Shown here in pieces: positions 43,127 through 55,396 of a DNA stretch of 64,000 nt (position 1 is its first letter; each line of letters starts with the position of its first letter). The position numbers and the translations under genes were made by a program. Origin of the DNA: an uncultured Acidobacteriota bacterium (GTDB taxonomy: Bacteria > Acidobacteriota > Vicinamibacteria > Vicinamibacterales > SCN-69-37); NCBI GenBank assembly GCA_963751445.1, contig CAVVUL010000011.1:289023-353022 (forward strand). Reading direction: 5' to 3'. The notes below the pieces were generated by a model. The model saw nothing but the letters and a program-made list of their open reading frames with translations, did not search any database and had not been told where the DNA came from.

Positions 43127-46100
43127 CTACCAGTTCTTCGCCCCGGCAGCGGCACCACCTGAACGACTGCGGCTTGCCGATCGGCGTGACCTGATCGCCG
43201 TTCAGCTTGCCGAGTTGCGCCGTGAAGCGGCCCGGGTTGACGGCGGGACCGCCGCCGCCGCGGCCGCCGCGGCCACCGCCGCCGCCCTGCGCCGCCGCGA
43301 TCTGCGCCGCCATTTCCGGCGTAATCGCGCCCGCTGCGCCGCCGCCCGCCGCGCCGCCACCGCCGCGCCCGCGCCACCGCGCGCCGCGCCCCGCGCCCGC
43401 ACCGCCAGCGCGACCGCCCGCGCCACCCGCGCGCCCGCCGGCGCGTCACCGCGCAGGTTCCACGTCGCGCGATTGATGCCGGGCGTTTCCGGCACATCGA
43501 TGCGGCGCACCTGACGTCCCTGGTCGTCGGAGATCGTCAGCACCAGATTGCCGCTGAAGTCCGGCGCCACGTAGTACGTCAGCTGCGCGCCCACCGGCGG
43601 ATTCGGCGTCGTGAAGTTGCCCCACGCCGCTTCGGTGTAGCCGAACTCGTCGTGAACTGATACGCGTGCCGCAGCGGGAACAACTCCGCCTCGGCCGCGA
43701 GCGCCTGCGCGCTCACTTCGCGCAACGCGCTGTAGTCATCGAGCACGTAGAAGCCGCGCCCGAACGTGCCGAGCACGAGGTCGTTCTCGCGCTTCTGCAC
43801 GACCATGTCGCGCATCTGCGCCACCGGCAGGCCGCCCTTGAGTTGCACCCAATGCGACCCGCCGTCCACCGTGAAGTAGCAGCCCGAACTCGGTGCCCGC
43901 GAAGATCAGGTTGCCGTTCACGTGGTCCTGGATGATCGACCACACCGGGTTGCCGGTTCGGCAAGTCGCCCGCGATCGACCTTGAAGGTGCTGCCGCGGT
44001 CGTCGCTCCGGAACACGTACGGCTTGTAATCGCCCCGCTGCCAGTTGTTCAGCGTCACGAACACGACGTTGGCATTGCGCGGTGACGCGAACACGTCGGA
44101 CACGTACAGCCCGTCGGCCGCGTTCCCGAACGTCGTCGTCTTGCGCCACGTCTTGCCGCCGTCCTCGGTCGACCTGCAGGTTGCCGTCGTCCGTGCCGAC
44201 GTAGATCAGTCCTTCGAGCACCGGCGATTCGTCGAGCGAGACGATCGTGCTGAGCGTCGTCGTCGCGTTGTTGTAGGCGACGGTCGTGGCCGGATCCCAC
44301 ACCTTGCCCATGATCGGGATCACGCGGGGATCGAGCTTGCGCGTGAGGTCGTCGCTGATGGGCGTCCAGCTGTTGCCGCGGTCGTCGCTGCGGTACATCC
44401 GGTTGCTGCCCCAGTAGAGCCGCGTCGGCCGAATGCGGGCTCACGATGTAGGTCACGTCCCAGTTCACGCGCTCGGCCGCGATGCCGCCGCCGCCGCGCC
44501 GCCACGCCCGCCGCCGCCCGCACCGCCACCGCCGCCCGCAGCGCCGCCGCCCCCGGCTCCACCGGCCCTCGGACGGATGCCCGCTGACTGCCCCGTGCGC
44601 AGATCCAGCCGGGTGATCGCGCCTTGCTGCGACGTGGCGTACACGAAGTTCGCGTCTTCCGGATCGTTGCGCGACTGGAATCCGTCGCCGCCGCCGACCG
44701 TGTACCAGTCGCTGGTGCGGATGCCGACGCTGTTCTGCGTCCGGCTCGGGCCGCACTGCGATCCGTTGTCCTGCGCGCCGCCGCACACGTTGTAGAACGG
44801 CTTCGCGTTGTCGACGCTGACGCGGTAGTACTGCGTGATCGGCAGATTGGCGAAGTGCCGCCACGTCTTGCCTTCGTCCCACGACTCGTACAGCCCGCCG
44901 TCGTTGCCGACGATGATGTGGTTCTTGTCCTTCGTGTCGCTCCAGACCTCGTGGTAGTCCACGTGGACGTGGCCGTTCAGGTTCGGCACGGCCGAGAACG
45001 TCTTGCCGCCGTCGCGGCTCCACTCGAGGTTGGTGTTGGCCGACCAGATCGTGTCCGGGCGAATCGGATCGACGTAGAGCTCGTAGTAGTAGCCGGGGTC
45101 GCCGCCGCGATACACGCCGGGCAATCCGCCACCGCGGCCGCCGCCACCCTGCCGGCCCGCGCCCGCACCGGCCGCACCCGCCGCCCGCCGGAGGCGGTGC
45201 TGGCGTCGGCGCCGGTGTCGCGGCCGGCGCGGCGCATCGAGCGGCGCGCCCTGCCGCACCCACGTCGCGCCCGCGTCATCCGAGCGATAGAACCCAGTGT
45301 CGGCCAGCGCGTTGATCAGCGCATAGACGCGCGTCGGCTTCGCCTTGGGGTCGACGCCCATCGCGATGCGGCCCATGTCACCCTTCGGCAGGCCCTTCGT
45401 GAGCTTCGGTCCATGTGCTGCCGCCATTGGTGGACTTGTAGATCCCGCTCTCCGGTCCGCCGCCAATCATCTGGCCGACGCCGCGGCGCCGCTGCCAGGT
45501 CGACGCGTACAGCACGTCCGGGTTGTTCGGGATCGATGTGAATCTCGTTGCCGCCCGTGTCGGCGCTGACGCGATGTTGAGCACCTGCTTCCACGTCTTG
45601 CCGCCGTCGGTGGTCTTGTAGATGCCGCGGTCGCCGCCGGCGGACCACAGCGGCCCTTGCGCTGCGACGTACACGACCTGCGGATTGCGCGGGTCCATCG
45701 CCATGTTGCCGATGTGCTCGGAGTTCTCGAGACCGACGCGCGCCCACGTCTTGCCGGCGTCCGTGGACTTGTAGACGCCGTCGCCGAACATCGCGCTTCG
45801 CGGATTCGAGTTCTCACCCGTGCCGATCCAGAGGATGTTCGAGTCCTTCGGGTCGATCAGGATGCAGCACATGTTGAACGAGCCGGCGTTGTCGAAGATC
45901 GACGTCCAGTCGTTGCCGCGATTCTCGCTCCGCCACACGCCGCCGGCCGCCGTGACGACGTAATACACGTTCGGAGCGATTGCGGATCGACCTCGAAGTC
46001 CGCCACGCGGCCCGTCACGAGGTTCGGACCGAGGCTGCGGAAGGTGAGGCCCGGCGAACACTCGGCGGTCAACCGCGACTGGCTTCCGGCCAGCCTGAGC

Positions 46101-46166
46101 AAATGCCAACACACCGGTCAAGGCGAACTGGCGGCCGATAGCGAACGCTAAGTGGACTCGTTTCAT
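43127..46166 (-). pseudogene. Sortilin/VPS10-like BNR (Asp-box) beta-propeller protein, paralogue A; many frameshifts (at least 8); 3' end unresolved
   Basis: The N-terminus lies in ORF 45378..46166 (..GGVWRSENRGNDWTSIF..YKSTDAGKTWARVG..YKTTDGGKTWKQV..YKSTNGGSTW: repeated SxDxGxTW Asp-boxes). It continues through ORFs 44465..45466, 44055..45263, 43736..44398, 43918..44103, 43579..43869, 43202..43594 and 43020..43313. GGRGG-type low-complexity stretches are present. The final ORF fragment runs to 43020, inside the repeat array. Confidence 0.7.
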
Positions 46167-46170
46167 AGGG

Positions 46171-46352
46171 GCTCCGAGGTTCTGGGGATGTCGGTGAGGT
46201 TCCTGGGTTCCAGGTTCCTTGGTTCCGGGGTTCGCGTCGGTTCTAGGTTCAGGCTTCGCCGTTCCCGGTTCCTAGTTCCAGGTTTCGCGAAGTTCGAACC
46301 CGAACCGTGAACGCCCGAACCCCGGAACCCAGGAACCCGGAACCCCGGAACC
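46171..46352. repeat. GGTTCC-type arrays as an imperfect inverted repeat between the tandem BNR genes
   Basis: Left ..GAGGTTCTGGGG..GAGGTTCCTGGGTTCCAGGTTCCTTGGTTCCGGGGTTCG... Right ..GAACCCGAACCGTGAACGCCCGAACCCCGGAACCCAGGAACCCGGAACCCCGGAACC. It shares the core GTTCAGGCTTCGCCG with the array at 43017-43034. Confidence 0.85.
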
Positions 46353-46363
46353 TGTACGTGCTC

Positions 46364-49300
46364 TTACCTGTACAGAATGTAATTCTGCTCCGGCAGCGGC
46401 ATGACCGTACACGAACTGCGGCTGGCCGATCGGCCGTGAACGTGTCGCCCACGAGTTTGCCGATCACGATGCGATAGCGGCCCGGCTCGGCGGCTGCGCC
46501 GCCTGCGCCGCCGCCGCGTCCGCCGAAGCGCTTGAGGCGGAGCCGCCAAGGGCGCGCCTGCGGCACCCGCCGCCGCCTGCGCCCTGCGCGCCGGCTGCAC
46601 CCGCACCGCCGCCCGCCGCGGCCGCGCCGCGCGCGACTGCGCGCCGCGCCACCGCCACGCCCGCCGCGGCCGCCACCTGCCGCGCCCCTTCACCGCGCAG
46701 GTTCCACGTGGTGCGATGGAATCCCGCGGTCTTGTCGAGCTCGATGCCGACGGAACTGGTTGCCGTTGCGTCCATGATGTTGGCGACGAGCCGCACGTCG
46801 TCCGGCAGGTTCTCGCGGCCACGTTGTAGGTGATGACCGCGCCGATCGGCGGATTCGGCATCGTGTAGTTGCCGCCCAGCGTCGCGAGTCCGGCCGCGCC
46901 GTCCTGCGCCACGCCCCACGGCGTGAACTGATACGCGTGCGGCCGCGTCGGGAACAGCCGCGCTTCCTCGGCCATCGCCTGCGCACTCACTTCGCGCAGC
47001 GCCGAGTAGTCGTCGAGCACCCAGAAGCCGCGACCGAAGGTCGCCATGACGACGTCGACTCTCGCGCTTCTGGAGCTGGAGGTCGCGCACCTGCGCCGGC
47101 GGCATGCCGCCCTTGAGCTGCACCCAGTGGCGCCCGCCGTCGACGGTGAAGAACAGGCCGAACTCGGTGCCCGCAAACAGCAGGTTCGGCGCGATGAGGT
47201 CCTGCGCGATCGCCCACACATCGTGCTTGTGCCGGCAGGTTGCCCGTGATGTTCGTCCAGGTCCGGCCGCGATCGTTGCTGCTGCACGATGTACGGCTTG
47301 TAGTCGCCGCGCTGCCAGTTGTTCAGCGTGACGAAGATCACGTTGGCGTCAATCGGCGATGCGTCCACGTCGGAGACGTACGCCCACTTCGGCACGCCGG
47401 GGAAATCCTCCACGCGCCGCCAGTTGCGCGCCGCCATCCTCGGTGATCTGCACGAGACCATCGTCGGTGCCGACGATGAGCAGGTCTTCCCATCGCGGCG
47501 ATTCCGACGATCGACACGATGTTGCTCAGCGCGGTGGTGGACTCATGCAGCGCGATGGAGCCCTGCCGGCCACACCTTGCCCATGATCGGAATCTCCTGC
47601 CAGTTCAGGTTCCGCGTGAGGTCCGGGCTGATGCGGACCCATGTGGCGCCGCGATCTTCCGTGCGGTAGCAGATACTGGCTGCCCCAATAGAGGCGCGTC
47701 ACCGAGTGATCGCTCGTGATGTAGGGCGCGTCCCAGTTCGGACGATCGCCACCGGCGCCGCCGCCGCGGCCTCCGCCCGCGGCTCCCGCACCGCCGCCCG
47801 CGCCAGCGGCCACCCGCACCCGCTGGCGGCGCCGCGGCCGGCGGCGCCGCCGGCTGGGCCGGCGCCGCCTCATAGATCGCAGGGCGCCGTATTGAAGTTC
47901 GGCCGGATGCCGGTCGCCGCGGCCGGTGCGCCGATCGAACCGCGTCGGCTTGCCGTCCTGCGACGTCGCATAGACGATGTTCGGGTCGCCCTGATCGTGG
48001 CGGCGCAAAGAACCCGTCGCCGCCCTGCGTCATGTACCAGTCGCTGGTCCGAATGCCGAGCGTGTGGTTGGTGCGCGCCGGGCCGCACATCGAGAAGTTG
48101 TCCTGCGTGCCGCCGCACACGGTGTAGAACGGCTGTTCGTTGCCCGCGGACACGCGGTAGAACTGCGTGATCGGCAGATTCGCGAAGAATCGCCAGTCGG
48201 CCAGGTTCTGCGTGCCCTGCTGTCCCGGATTCGCATAGAGCTTGCCGAGGTCGTACGTCTCGTAGACGCCGCCATCGTTGCCGATGATCAGGTGGTCCTT
48301 GTTCGTGAGATCGAACACGACTTCGTGGTGGTCGACGTGCACGGCGAATGCGCCGGACGCCGCGCTCGACACCGACCTGCGACCAGGTGCGGCCGCGCGT
48401 CCTTGCTCCATTCGAAGTTCGTGTTCACCGACCAAATCGTGTCCGGCTGCCACGGATCGACGAAGATCTCCGAGTAGTACGCCGGGCCGCCGCCGCGATA
48501 AATCGACATGGCGGGTCCACGTCACGCCGTTGTCGTCACTCTTGTAGAAGCCCATGCCGTCGTCAGCCGTCGGTGCTGGTGGCAATGGAGACGGCGGCGT
48601 GGCCGCCGCCGGAGCGGCCGCCTGTCCGCCCGCGCGTCCCGCCGGCGGCGCCGCTGCGCCAGCGCCGGCCGCGCCCGCACCCGCGGCACCCGCCGCACCC
48701 GCGGCACCTGCCGGACCCGCCGGACCCGCCCCTCGCCCTGCGCCGCGCCCGCCGCCGCCCGCCGTCTTCGCATCAATCAACGCGTAAATGCGGCCCGGCT
48801 TCTTCGGATCGACGGCCAGCGCGATGCGGCCCACTTCGCCGGGCGGCAGGCCGTTGGTCAGCTTCGTCCAGTTCTTGCCGGCATTCGTCGTCTTGAACAC
48901 GCCGCCGTCCGGGACCGCCGCCAATCATCTGCCCGACATGGCGCCGGCGCTGATACGTGCCCGCGAACATGATGTCGGGGTTCTTCGGGTCGAACACGAC
49001 GTCGGTCACGCCGGTGTCGTCGTTGATGAACAGCGACTGCGTCCACGTCGCGCCGCCATCGGTGGTCTTGTACACGCCCCGTTCTCCGCCTTCCGAGAAC
49101 AACGGCCCCTGGGCGGCCACGAACACCGTGTTGGAGTTGCGCGGGTCAATGACGATCTTGCCGATGTGTTCGGACTTGTCGAGGCCGACGCGCTTCCAGG
49201 TCTTGCCGGCATCGAGGGACTTGTAGAGGCCCGTGCCGAAGTGCGCGCTGCGCTGGCTGGCGTTCTCACCGGTGCCGAGCCACACGACGTTGGAATCCTT

Positions 49301-49621
49301 GGGATCCACGACGACGCAGCAGAGATTGAAGGCATCGGCGGCGCCGGACCCTGGGAAGATGGCCTCGAAGGTGATGCCGCGATTCGAGGTCTTCCACAAC
49401 CCGCCGAAGGCCGAGGCGACGTACCAGACACTCGGATTCTTCGGATCGATTTCGATGTCCTGCACGCGGCCGGTCACGAGCGCGGGACCGATATTGCGAA
49501 CCTGCAAACTTGCGAAGACGTCGGCGTTCATCCGGTCGGCGCCGGCCGGGGTCTGACCCGCACCGATAGCCACCATCAGGACCACCAGGGCGGACACTGC
49601 AACGAGGTGCACACGTTTCAT
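46364..49621 (-). pseudogene. Sortilin/VPS10-like BNR beta-propeller protein, paralogue B; many frameshifts
   Basis: The N-terminus lies in ORF 48773..49621 (signal MKRVHLVAVSALVVLMVAIGA; ..GGLWKTSNRGITFEAIF..YKSLDAGKTWKRVG..YKTTDGGATWTQS..). Further pieces lie in ORFs 47605..48924, 47526..48008, 46464..47219 and 46364..47461. The C-terminus is ..TVMPLPEQNYILYR, stop TAA 46364-66. Confidence 0.75.
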
Positions 49622-49786
49622 GGGAGATACTCCAGGACGACAGGGCGACTTGCCGGAGGCATTCTACTCCCAAAGACTGCGGCAAGACTCGTCTTTTGTG
49701 GGACTTTGGGCCGCTGGGGGTCAGCGATCCAGTGCTACATTAGCCGGAATGCGACAGGCTGCTGAGACTGCCCGCACGCCCTGGCA

Positions 49787-50708
49787 ATGAATGCTCCGGC
49801 CATTGTCGCCACGGCACCCCGAGATGCGCTGCGCGCGTTTCTCCTGCAACATCGAAACCGCGACGGTGGGTGGGGCTACTTTCCTCAAAGGCGAGTCGCA
49901 TCGAACCGACGTGCTGGGCGCTGCTGGCCTTGTCGCGGGCGATCGGAGCGGCCCATCGAAATGGACGTGCTACCGCGCTGGCCGAGCCGGGGCGGCTGGT
50001 TCATCGACGTCGCCGGTACCCCGCTGAACTACGCCTTCAACGCGCTCGCGGCGATCGCCGCGCTCACCCATCGCGACGGTGGGTCGGACGCACTCGCGGT
50101 GGACCCGCGGGGCGGCTTCTGGAGGTCCGGGGCGTCAGGCTCGGCCAAGGGACGGCTATCAGGCAGGACAACAGTCTCCAGGCTTGGCCGTGGATGGACC
50201 AGACGTTCAGCTGGGTTGAACCGACGAGCTGTGCCTCCTGCTCGTGAAGAAGTGCGGAATCGCCTCCCTGCGGCGCGTCGCCGCTGAACGCATCGAAATC
50301 GGCGAACGCATGTTGAGGGACCGTGCGTGTGGTGCCGGCGGCTGGAACTATGGCGGGTCGAATGTCTACGGTCAGGAGCTGTTCCCCTACGTGCCGACGA
50401 CGGCGCTGGGCCTGCTGGCGATGCAGGACCACCCGGGGGATCCAATCGTGGCCCGCGCGCTGGCGTGGCTCAGCGAAGGTGGCGGCGGAGTCCTCGAGCG
50501 CTGGCCCTGGCGTATTGCGCTGCTCGCCTGCCGCGCGTCGGCCAGGCGCCGGCCGCCTGTGCTCGCCGATCGACGCGGCACGATCCGGGTCACCGATGGC
50601 ATGCTGGGTTTGGCCACGGCCTCTATGCGCTGGCAGGTCGCCTATTGGGAAGCGGCTTCGCATGTGACGGATGTGCCCGCCGGCTCCGGTCACGCGCGGG
50701 CGGCATGA
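49787..50708 (+). pseudogene. Prenyltransferase/squalene-cyclase-repeat (alpha-alpha toroid) protein, at least three frameshifts; 3' end uncertain
   Basis: MNAPAIVATAPRDALRAFLLQHRNRDGGWGYF (ORF 49787..) / ..ASRIEPTCWALLALS..QDNSLQAWPWMDQTFSWVEPTSCA (ORF 49870..50247) / ..ERMLRDRACGAGGWNYGGSNVYGQELFPYVPTTALGLLAM (ORF 50244..50708). The DGGW/GGW motifs are typical of this repeat family. Confidence 0.6.
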
Positions 50709-51679
50709 CCCGCCGCCATTCCTGGCTGCGCTGTCGCTGCCGCTGCTGGCCAGCGCGTGTGACCGGCCGCCGTACGATCGCCGCGAGTTCGCCGTCGCCG
50801 CGACCTCAGCCGTCGGGCTCTTACGCGGCGGCGAACTACGCGGTGGATTTCGCCGATGTCATCGTCCGCGGGATTCCGCGAGCTCCGCGTCGACCTGCGC
50901 GGGACAGCGCGTGCTGCTCAAGCCGAACATGGTCGAGTACGAGCCCGGCACGGCGATCAACACGCATCCGCTCGTGGTCGCCGGCGCCGCGGTCGCGTCC
51001 CTGCGGGCCGGCGCGGCCGAGGTGCGATCGGCGAGGGCCCGGGCCACCGCCGCGACATCGAGTACCTGCTCGACGCCACGGGCCTCGGCGAGCGCCTGGC
51101 GGACACCGGCTGCGCATTCACCGACCTCAACCACGACGATGTGCGTCTGGCGGCGCTGCGCGAGCGGCTTCACGCGGACTCGGCGGCTCGCGCTGCCGGC
51201 GAGCTGCTGCGCGTCGGACTTCGTGATCTCGATGCCGAAGCTGAAGACGCATCACTGGGCGGGCATGACGTGCAGCATGAAGAACCTGTTCGGCGTGGTG
51301 CCGGGCGCCGTGTACGGCTGGCCGAAGAACGTGCTGCACGTGCACGGCATCCACGAACTCGATCCTCGATCTGGCCGCGACCGTCCGGCCGCAGTTCGCG
51401 ATCGTCGATGCCGTCACGGCGATGGAAGGCGACGGGCCGATCATGGGCCGCGCGCGGCCGCTGGGGTTCATCGCCATGGGGGCCGACCCGGTCGCGGTCG
51501 ACGCGACCTGCGCGCGCATCATCGGCCTCGATCCGCTCAAGATCGGCTACCTGCGCGCCGCGGGGGATTTTCTCGGCCTCCTGGACGCCGCGCGCATCGA
51601 ACAGCGCGGCGAGGCGCCGTCGCGGTACGCGACCCGGTTCGACATGATCCCGGATCTCCAGCATCTGAGGCTCCCGTGA
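50705..51679 (+). pseudogene. DUF362-domain protein with Tat/lipoprotein-like signal, about six frameshifts
   Basis: MTRRH / FLAALSLPLLASACDRPPY.. / ..RVLLKPNMVEYEPGTAINTHPLVVAGAAVASLRAGAAEV / RIGEGPGHRRDIEYLLDATGLGERLADTGCAFTDLNHDDV / ..FVISMPKLKTHHWAGMTCSMKNLFGVVPGAVYGWPKNVLH / ..MEGDGPIMGRARPLGFIAMGADPVAVDATCARIIGLDP... The pieces lie in ORFs 50327.., 50671.., 50856.. and 51422..51679. Confidence 0.7.
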
Positions 51680-51700
51680 CGGCGGCAGTCTCGATCGTCC

Positions 51701-53000
51701 ATGGTCTCTGATCGCACGCTTCGCGCAGTGTTCGGGTCCAGCCGGTTCGTGGCGCTCACCGGCGACCTGATTCGCGTGGGCATCGCGGGGGTGGTGATTG
51801 CGGCCATCGCGTTTCTGCTGGTGTTCGACGACCTCGTCTGGCACGACCGTCTGAACGATTTCCGGGTGTTCTACGACGCCACGCAGCAGTTCCTGGTGAA
51901 CGGGGACCTGTATGGCCCGACGGTGGCCACAACGGTCCCAGTGGCGAATGGGTTCCACCAGCTCTGGAACATGAACCCGCCGCACTTCCACCTGCTGCTG
52001 GTGCCGCTGGTTCGGTTGCCCATCGAGCAGGCCAAGACCTCTGGCTCGTGATGAACGTCGCGGCCCTGGCGGCGAGCCTCCTCGGCGATCGCGCGCACGC
52101 TCTCGTTGCGCTGGACGCTGAGCGGGACGATGTGGACGCTGCTGGCGGTGCTCAGCTTCTCCGGCACCGGCGCCATCGTCGTTCACGGGGCAGGTCGCGT
52201 GGCTCATCCTGCTGCCGATGACGCTCGCGTGGCGATCCGCGCGGCGGGATCGGTGGCTGCGCGCGGCGGTGTGGCTCGGGATTGCCGCCAGTCTGAAACC
52301 GTTTCTGGGCGTCTTCCTGCTCTATCTGCTCTTGAAGCGCGGCCGCGGTCCGGCGCTGGCGATGGCCGGCTCGGCGGCAACCTGTGCGCTCGTCGGCGTG
52401 GCGGTGTTCGGCTGGAGCCAGTCGATCCGCTGGCTGGAAACACTCGGTTCGGTGGACTGGACATGGGCCGCTATGAACGGTTCGGTCACCGGTCTGCTGA
52501 CGCGCAACTTCGCCGCCAATCCGTTCGTCCGCCCGCTCATCGACGCGCCGGGGCTGATCGCGCCGGCCGCTGTCGTGTGCAGCCTCGCACTCGGATGGGT
52601 CTCCTTCCGGGCCGTCGCACGCGACAACTCAGCAGACGCCGTCGATCGGGCGTTCGCGCTGCTCGTGCTGCTGGCCCTGCTCGTGTCGCCGCTCGGCTGG
52701 GTCTACTACTTGTGGCTGATCGCGGGCCCGGCGTTCGCGCTGTGGCGGTCGTCGCGCACACGGCCTTCGCGCGCCCGCGACGTGTTCTTGTGGCTGGCCG
52801 TGCCCGGTCTGATTTGGCCCCTGCCCGCCTTCGTGCCGTTTGAAGGCGCCCGATGGACCGCGATCACCGTCGGATCGATCTACGGTTGGTCCATGCTCGC
52901 GCTCTGGGGCGCGACGCTGGTGGACTTCTCCGCTCGCGGCGTCACGCCGGCGCCGAAAGGGGTCACTTCGCCGGCGCCCGGTAGCCGCCCAGGCTGCTAA
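51701..53000 (+). pseudogene. Polytopic membrane glycosyltransferase, GT87/DUF2029-like, about three frameshifts (52035-52200)
   Basis: ORF 51701..52051 (..NDFRVFYDATQQFLVNGDLYG.., the D..Y..G..LY motif typical of this family, from memory). Short pieces in other frames follow. Then ORF 52218..53000 has many TM helices (..AAVWLGIAASLKPFLGVFLLYLLL..). Confidence 0.6.
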
Positions 53001-54958
53001 TCACGACGCCATCGCGCCGCGAACGGACCTCGACCTTGCGCCAGGCGCCGTCGCGCTTCGTGTTGGTCGAGGAGTAGCTGATCACGAATCGCCTGCGAAG
53101 ATCCTCGAGCACCCGCCGATAGTCGGCCGCCAGCAGCGACACATCCGTCGGAAAGTAGGCCTCGCCGCCCGAGACCTGCGCCAGATACTCGAGCGTCAGT
53201 TGATCGACCTTCGGCCCCAGGCCGATGCTGAACATGGTCGCGCCCACATCCTTCACCGCCGCCGCGACATCCGCCAGCGTGTGCCTGGATCCCGGCGCCG
53301 TGCCCGGGTTGTTCTCGTCGCGGCCGTCCGTGAGCACGACGACGACGCGGCGGCCCTCCACCTGCTTCAGGCGGGCGAGGCTGTCGCACAGGGCATCGTA
53401 GAGCGCGGTGCCGCCGTTGGCCTTGTACTCGTCGATCGCCGACATCGCGCCCAGGCGGCCGAGAAACAAGTCCTGCACGAGCGCCGGACGGTCGGCAAAC
53501 GTCATGACCGCGAGGCTGTCCTTGACCGGCAGTGCCTTCACAAAACTCCGGGCGGCGTCCATCACGCCGGCCGCGTCGAGCCGCATGCTGCCGCTCGAAT
53601 CGAGCAACAGCATGGCGAACACCGGCGCGGTCGCTTCCTCGAACGCTTCGACATGCTGCTCGACGCCGTCCTCGTACACCACCAGGTCCTCGAGCGAGAC
53701 GTCGACCGGCTGGCGGTTCGTGTCTCGAATCGTCAGCTCGATCTGCGGCCGGATGGGCGGCGGCGCGGGCGCGTAATATCCCGCGCGCACGCGGACCACG
53801 TGGGTCGGCGTGGACGGTCTTCACGCTGACGGCCCGCCACGTGCCGTCATACGCCTGATTCGTCGGCGTGTACGTCACGATGTAGCGCTGCTGGACGTCG
53901 GCGGCGATCAGCCCGTGCACGTCGGCGAGCTGGAAGTCCTTCGCCGGAAAGAACGCGCGCCCGCCGGTTTCAGCGGCGAGCCGCTTCAACAGCGCTTCCC
54001 CGCGGAGCGAAATGCCGGCCACGCCGCCGATGCCAATCACGTAGACGGTCGCCTGGGTCTCCTTGATCGTCTCCAGCGCGCGATCGAAGGCGATATCGCT
54101 GTTCTCGTCGTAGCCGTCGGTGATGAGCACCAGAATGTGGCGGCTGTCGGCGGTGGTCAGCTTGCCGGCCGCCGTGACCAGCGCGTTCAGAATCGCGGTG
54201 CCGCCGCCCGAAGGGATGCGTTCGATCGCGCCGACGATGGTGTCGCGATCGCGCGTCGGCCCGGTCATGGGACCGACCATCGTATTGAACGGCGCGACGA
54301 TGACCTGATCGTCGGGGCGCAGGTGGCTCGGCAGCTGGCGCGCCGCGTCACGCACGAAGTCCATCCGCCGCGACATGCTCTGGCTGCTGTCGATGAGCAG
54401 GGTGTAGGTGGCGGGCTCGAGATCCGGCGCCGCGAGCTCAATCTGCTGCGGCACGCCGTCCTCCAGCACCGTGAAGTCGGCGGCGGTCAGATCGTTGACG
54501 GGCTTCCCGGTCGTGTCGATCACGGACGCCTCGAGCAGCACCGCCGAGACCGACGTCTCGAACGTGACTTCGAACGGCTTCAGGTCGACGAAGTCGCGTG
54601 CGGTCCGGCCGGCCGAATCGCTCACGGCCACCGCAATCTCGCGGGCCGCGAACGGATTGTCGTCCACCCATTCGACGGCGTACGGCGCGCCGTCCTTGTC
54701 GGTCCCGATGAGCTTGCCGTCGACGAAGAACTCGACCGGGCTCAACACCGTCCCCTTCTCAGCCGTGATGCGCGCGACGATGCGTGTGGCCCCGGACATG
54801 CCGGTGCGGCCCAGCGGAGAGGTGATGCGCACCGAGAGCCCCGGCTCGGCCTTTTCCTGCCCGAACACCACCGGCAGCCGGACGACCCCCCATCCCGCCA
54901 CGGCGAGGGCGGCGGCGACAAGGGGCGCCATTCGGCGCATGGGCACGGTCATCGTCAC
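52963..54958 (-). pseudogene. Secreted protein with two tandem VWFA domains of the acidobacterial type, one frameshift near ~53800
   Basis: ORF 52997..54958: signal, then ..FTVLEDGVPQQIELAAPDLEPATYTLLIDSSQSMS..ILVLITDGYDENS... ORF 52963..53799: ..LVVYEDGVEQHVEAFEEATAPVFAMLLLDSSGSMR..VVVLTDGRDENN... Both match my memory of the VWFA-related acidobacterial domain (TIGR03436). Confidence 0.8.
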
Positions 54959-55033
54959 TCTGCGCTAGACTCCATTCCCGTGGCGCCCGGGCACTTTCTT
55001 CAACCGCTGCTGGCCGCGGACGCGCCGCCGGCG

Positions 55034-55396
55034 ATGCTGGTCGCTCACGACCCCGCTCGCCCGCTCGCGACGACGATTGAAACGGCCTTCGACTCCGCCA
55101 GCCGCAAGCGCGGCCTGCTGGGCCGGACGTTGCTCGCTCGGGATACCGCTTTCATCATCGCACCGTGCAGCGCGATCCACACATTCTCGATGCGCTTTCC
55201 CATCGACGTCATTTTTGTCACGGGAGACGGGCGTGTCCTGAAGATCCGGCATGACATGCCCGCGTCCCGGACCACGATGGCCTTTGGCGCATTCGCCGCG
55301 ATCGAAATGGCGGCCGGTGAAGCGGAGCGCCACGGCCTCCACGTGGGCGACTGTCTCAGGATCCAGCCCGCGCCAGCGCCGCCTCCGCCCGCTTGA
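55034..55396 (+). CDS. DUF192-family protein
   Basis: C-terminal 120 aa of ORF 53810..55396: ..SASRKRGLLGRTLLARDTAFIIAPCSAIHTFSMRFPIDVIFVTGDGRVLKI..AIEMAAGEAERHGLHVGD.., the DUF192 (COG1430) pattern. It overlaps the 3' end of BNR gene C by ~40 nt (convergent). Confidence 0.7.
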   Translation: MLVAHDPARPLATTIETAFDSASRKRGLLGRTLLARDTAFIIAPCSAIHTFSMRFPIDVIFVTGDGRVLKIRHDMPASRTTMAFGAFAAIEMAAGEAERHGLHVGDCLRIQPAPAPPPPA

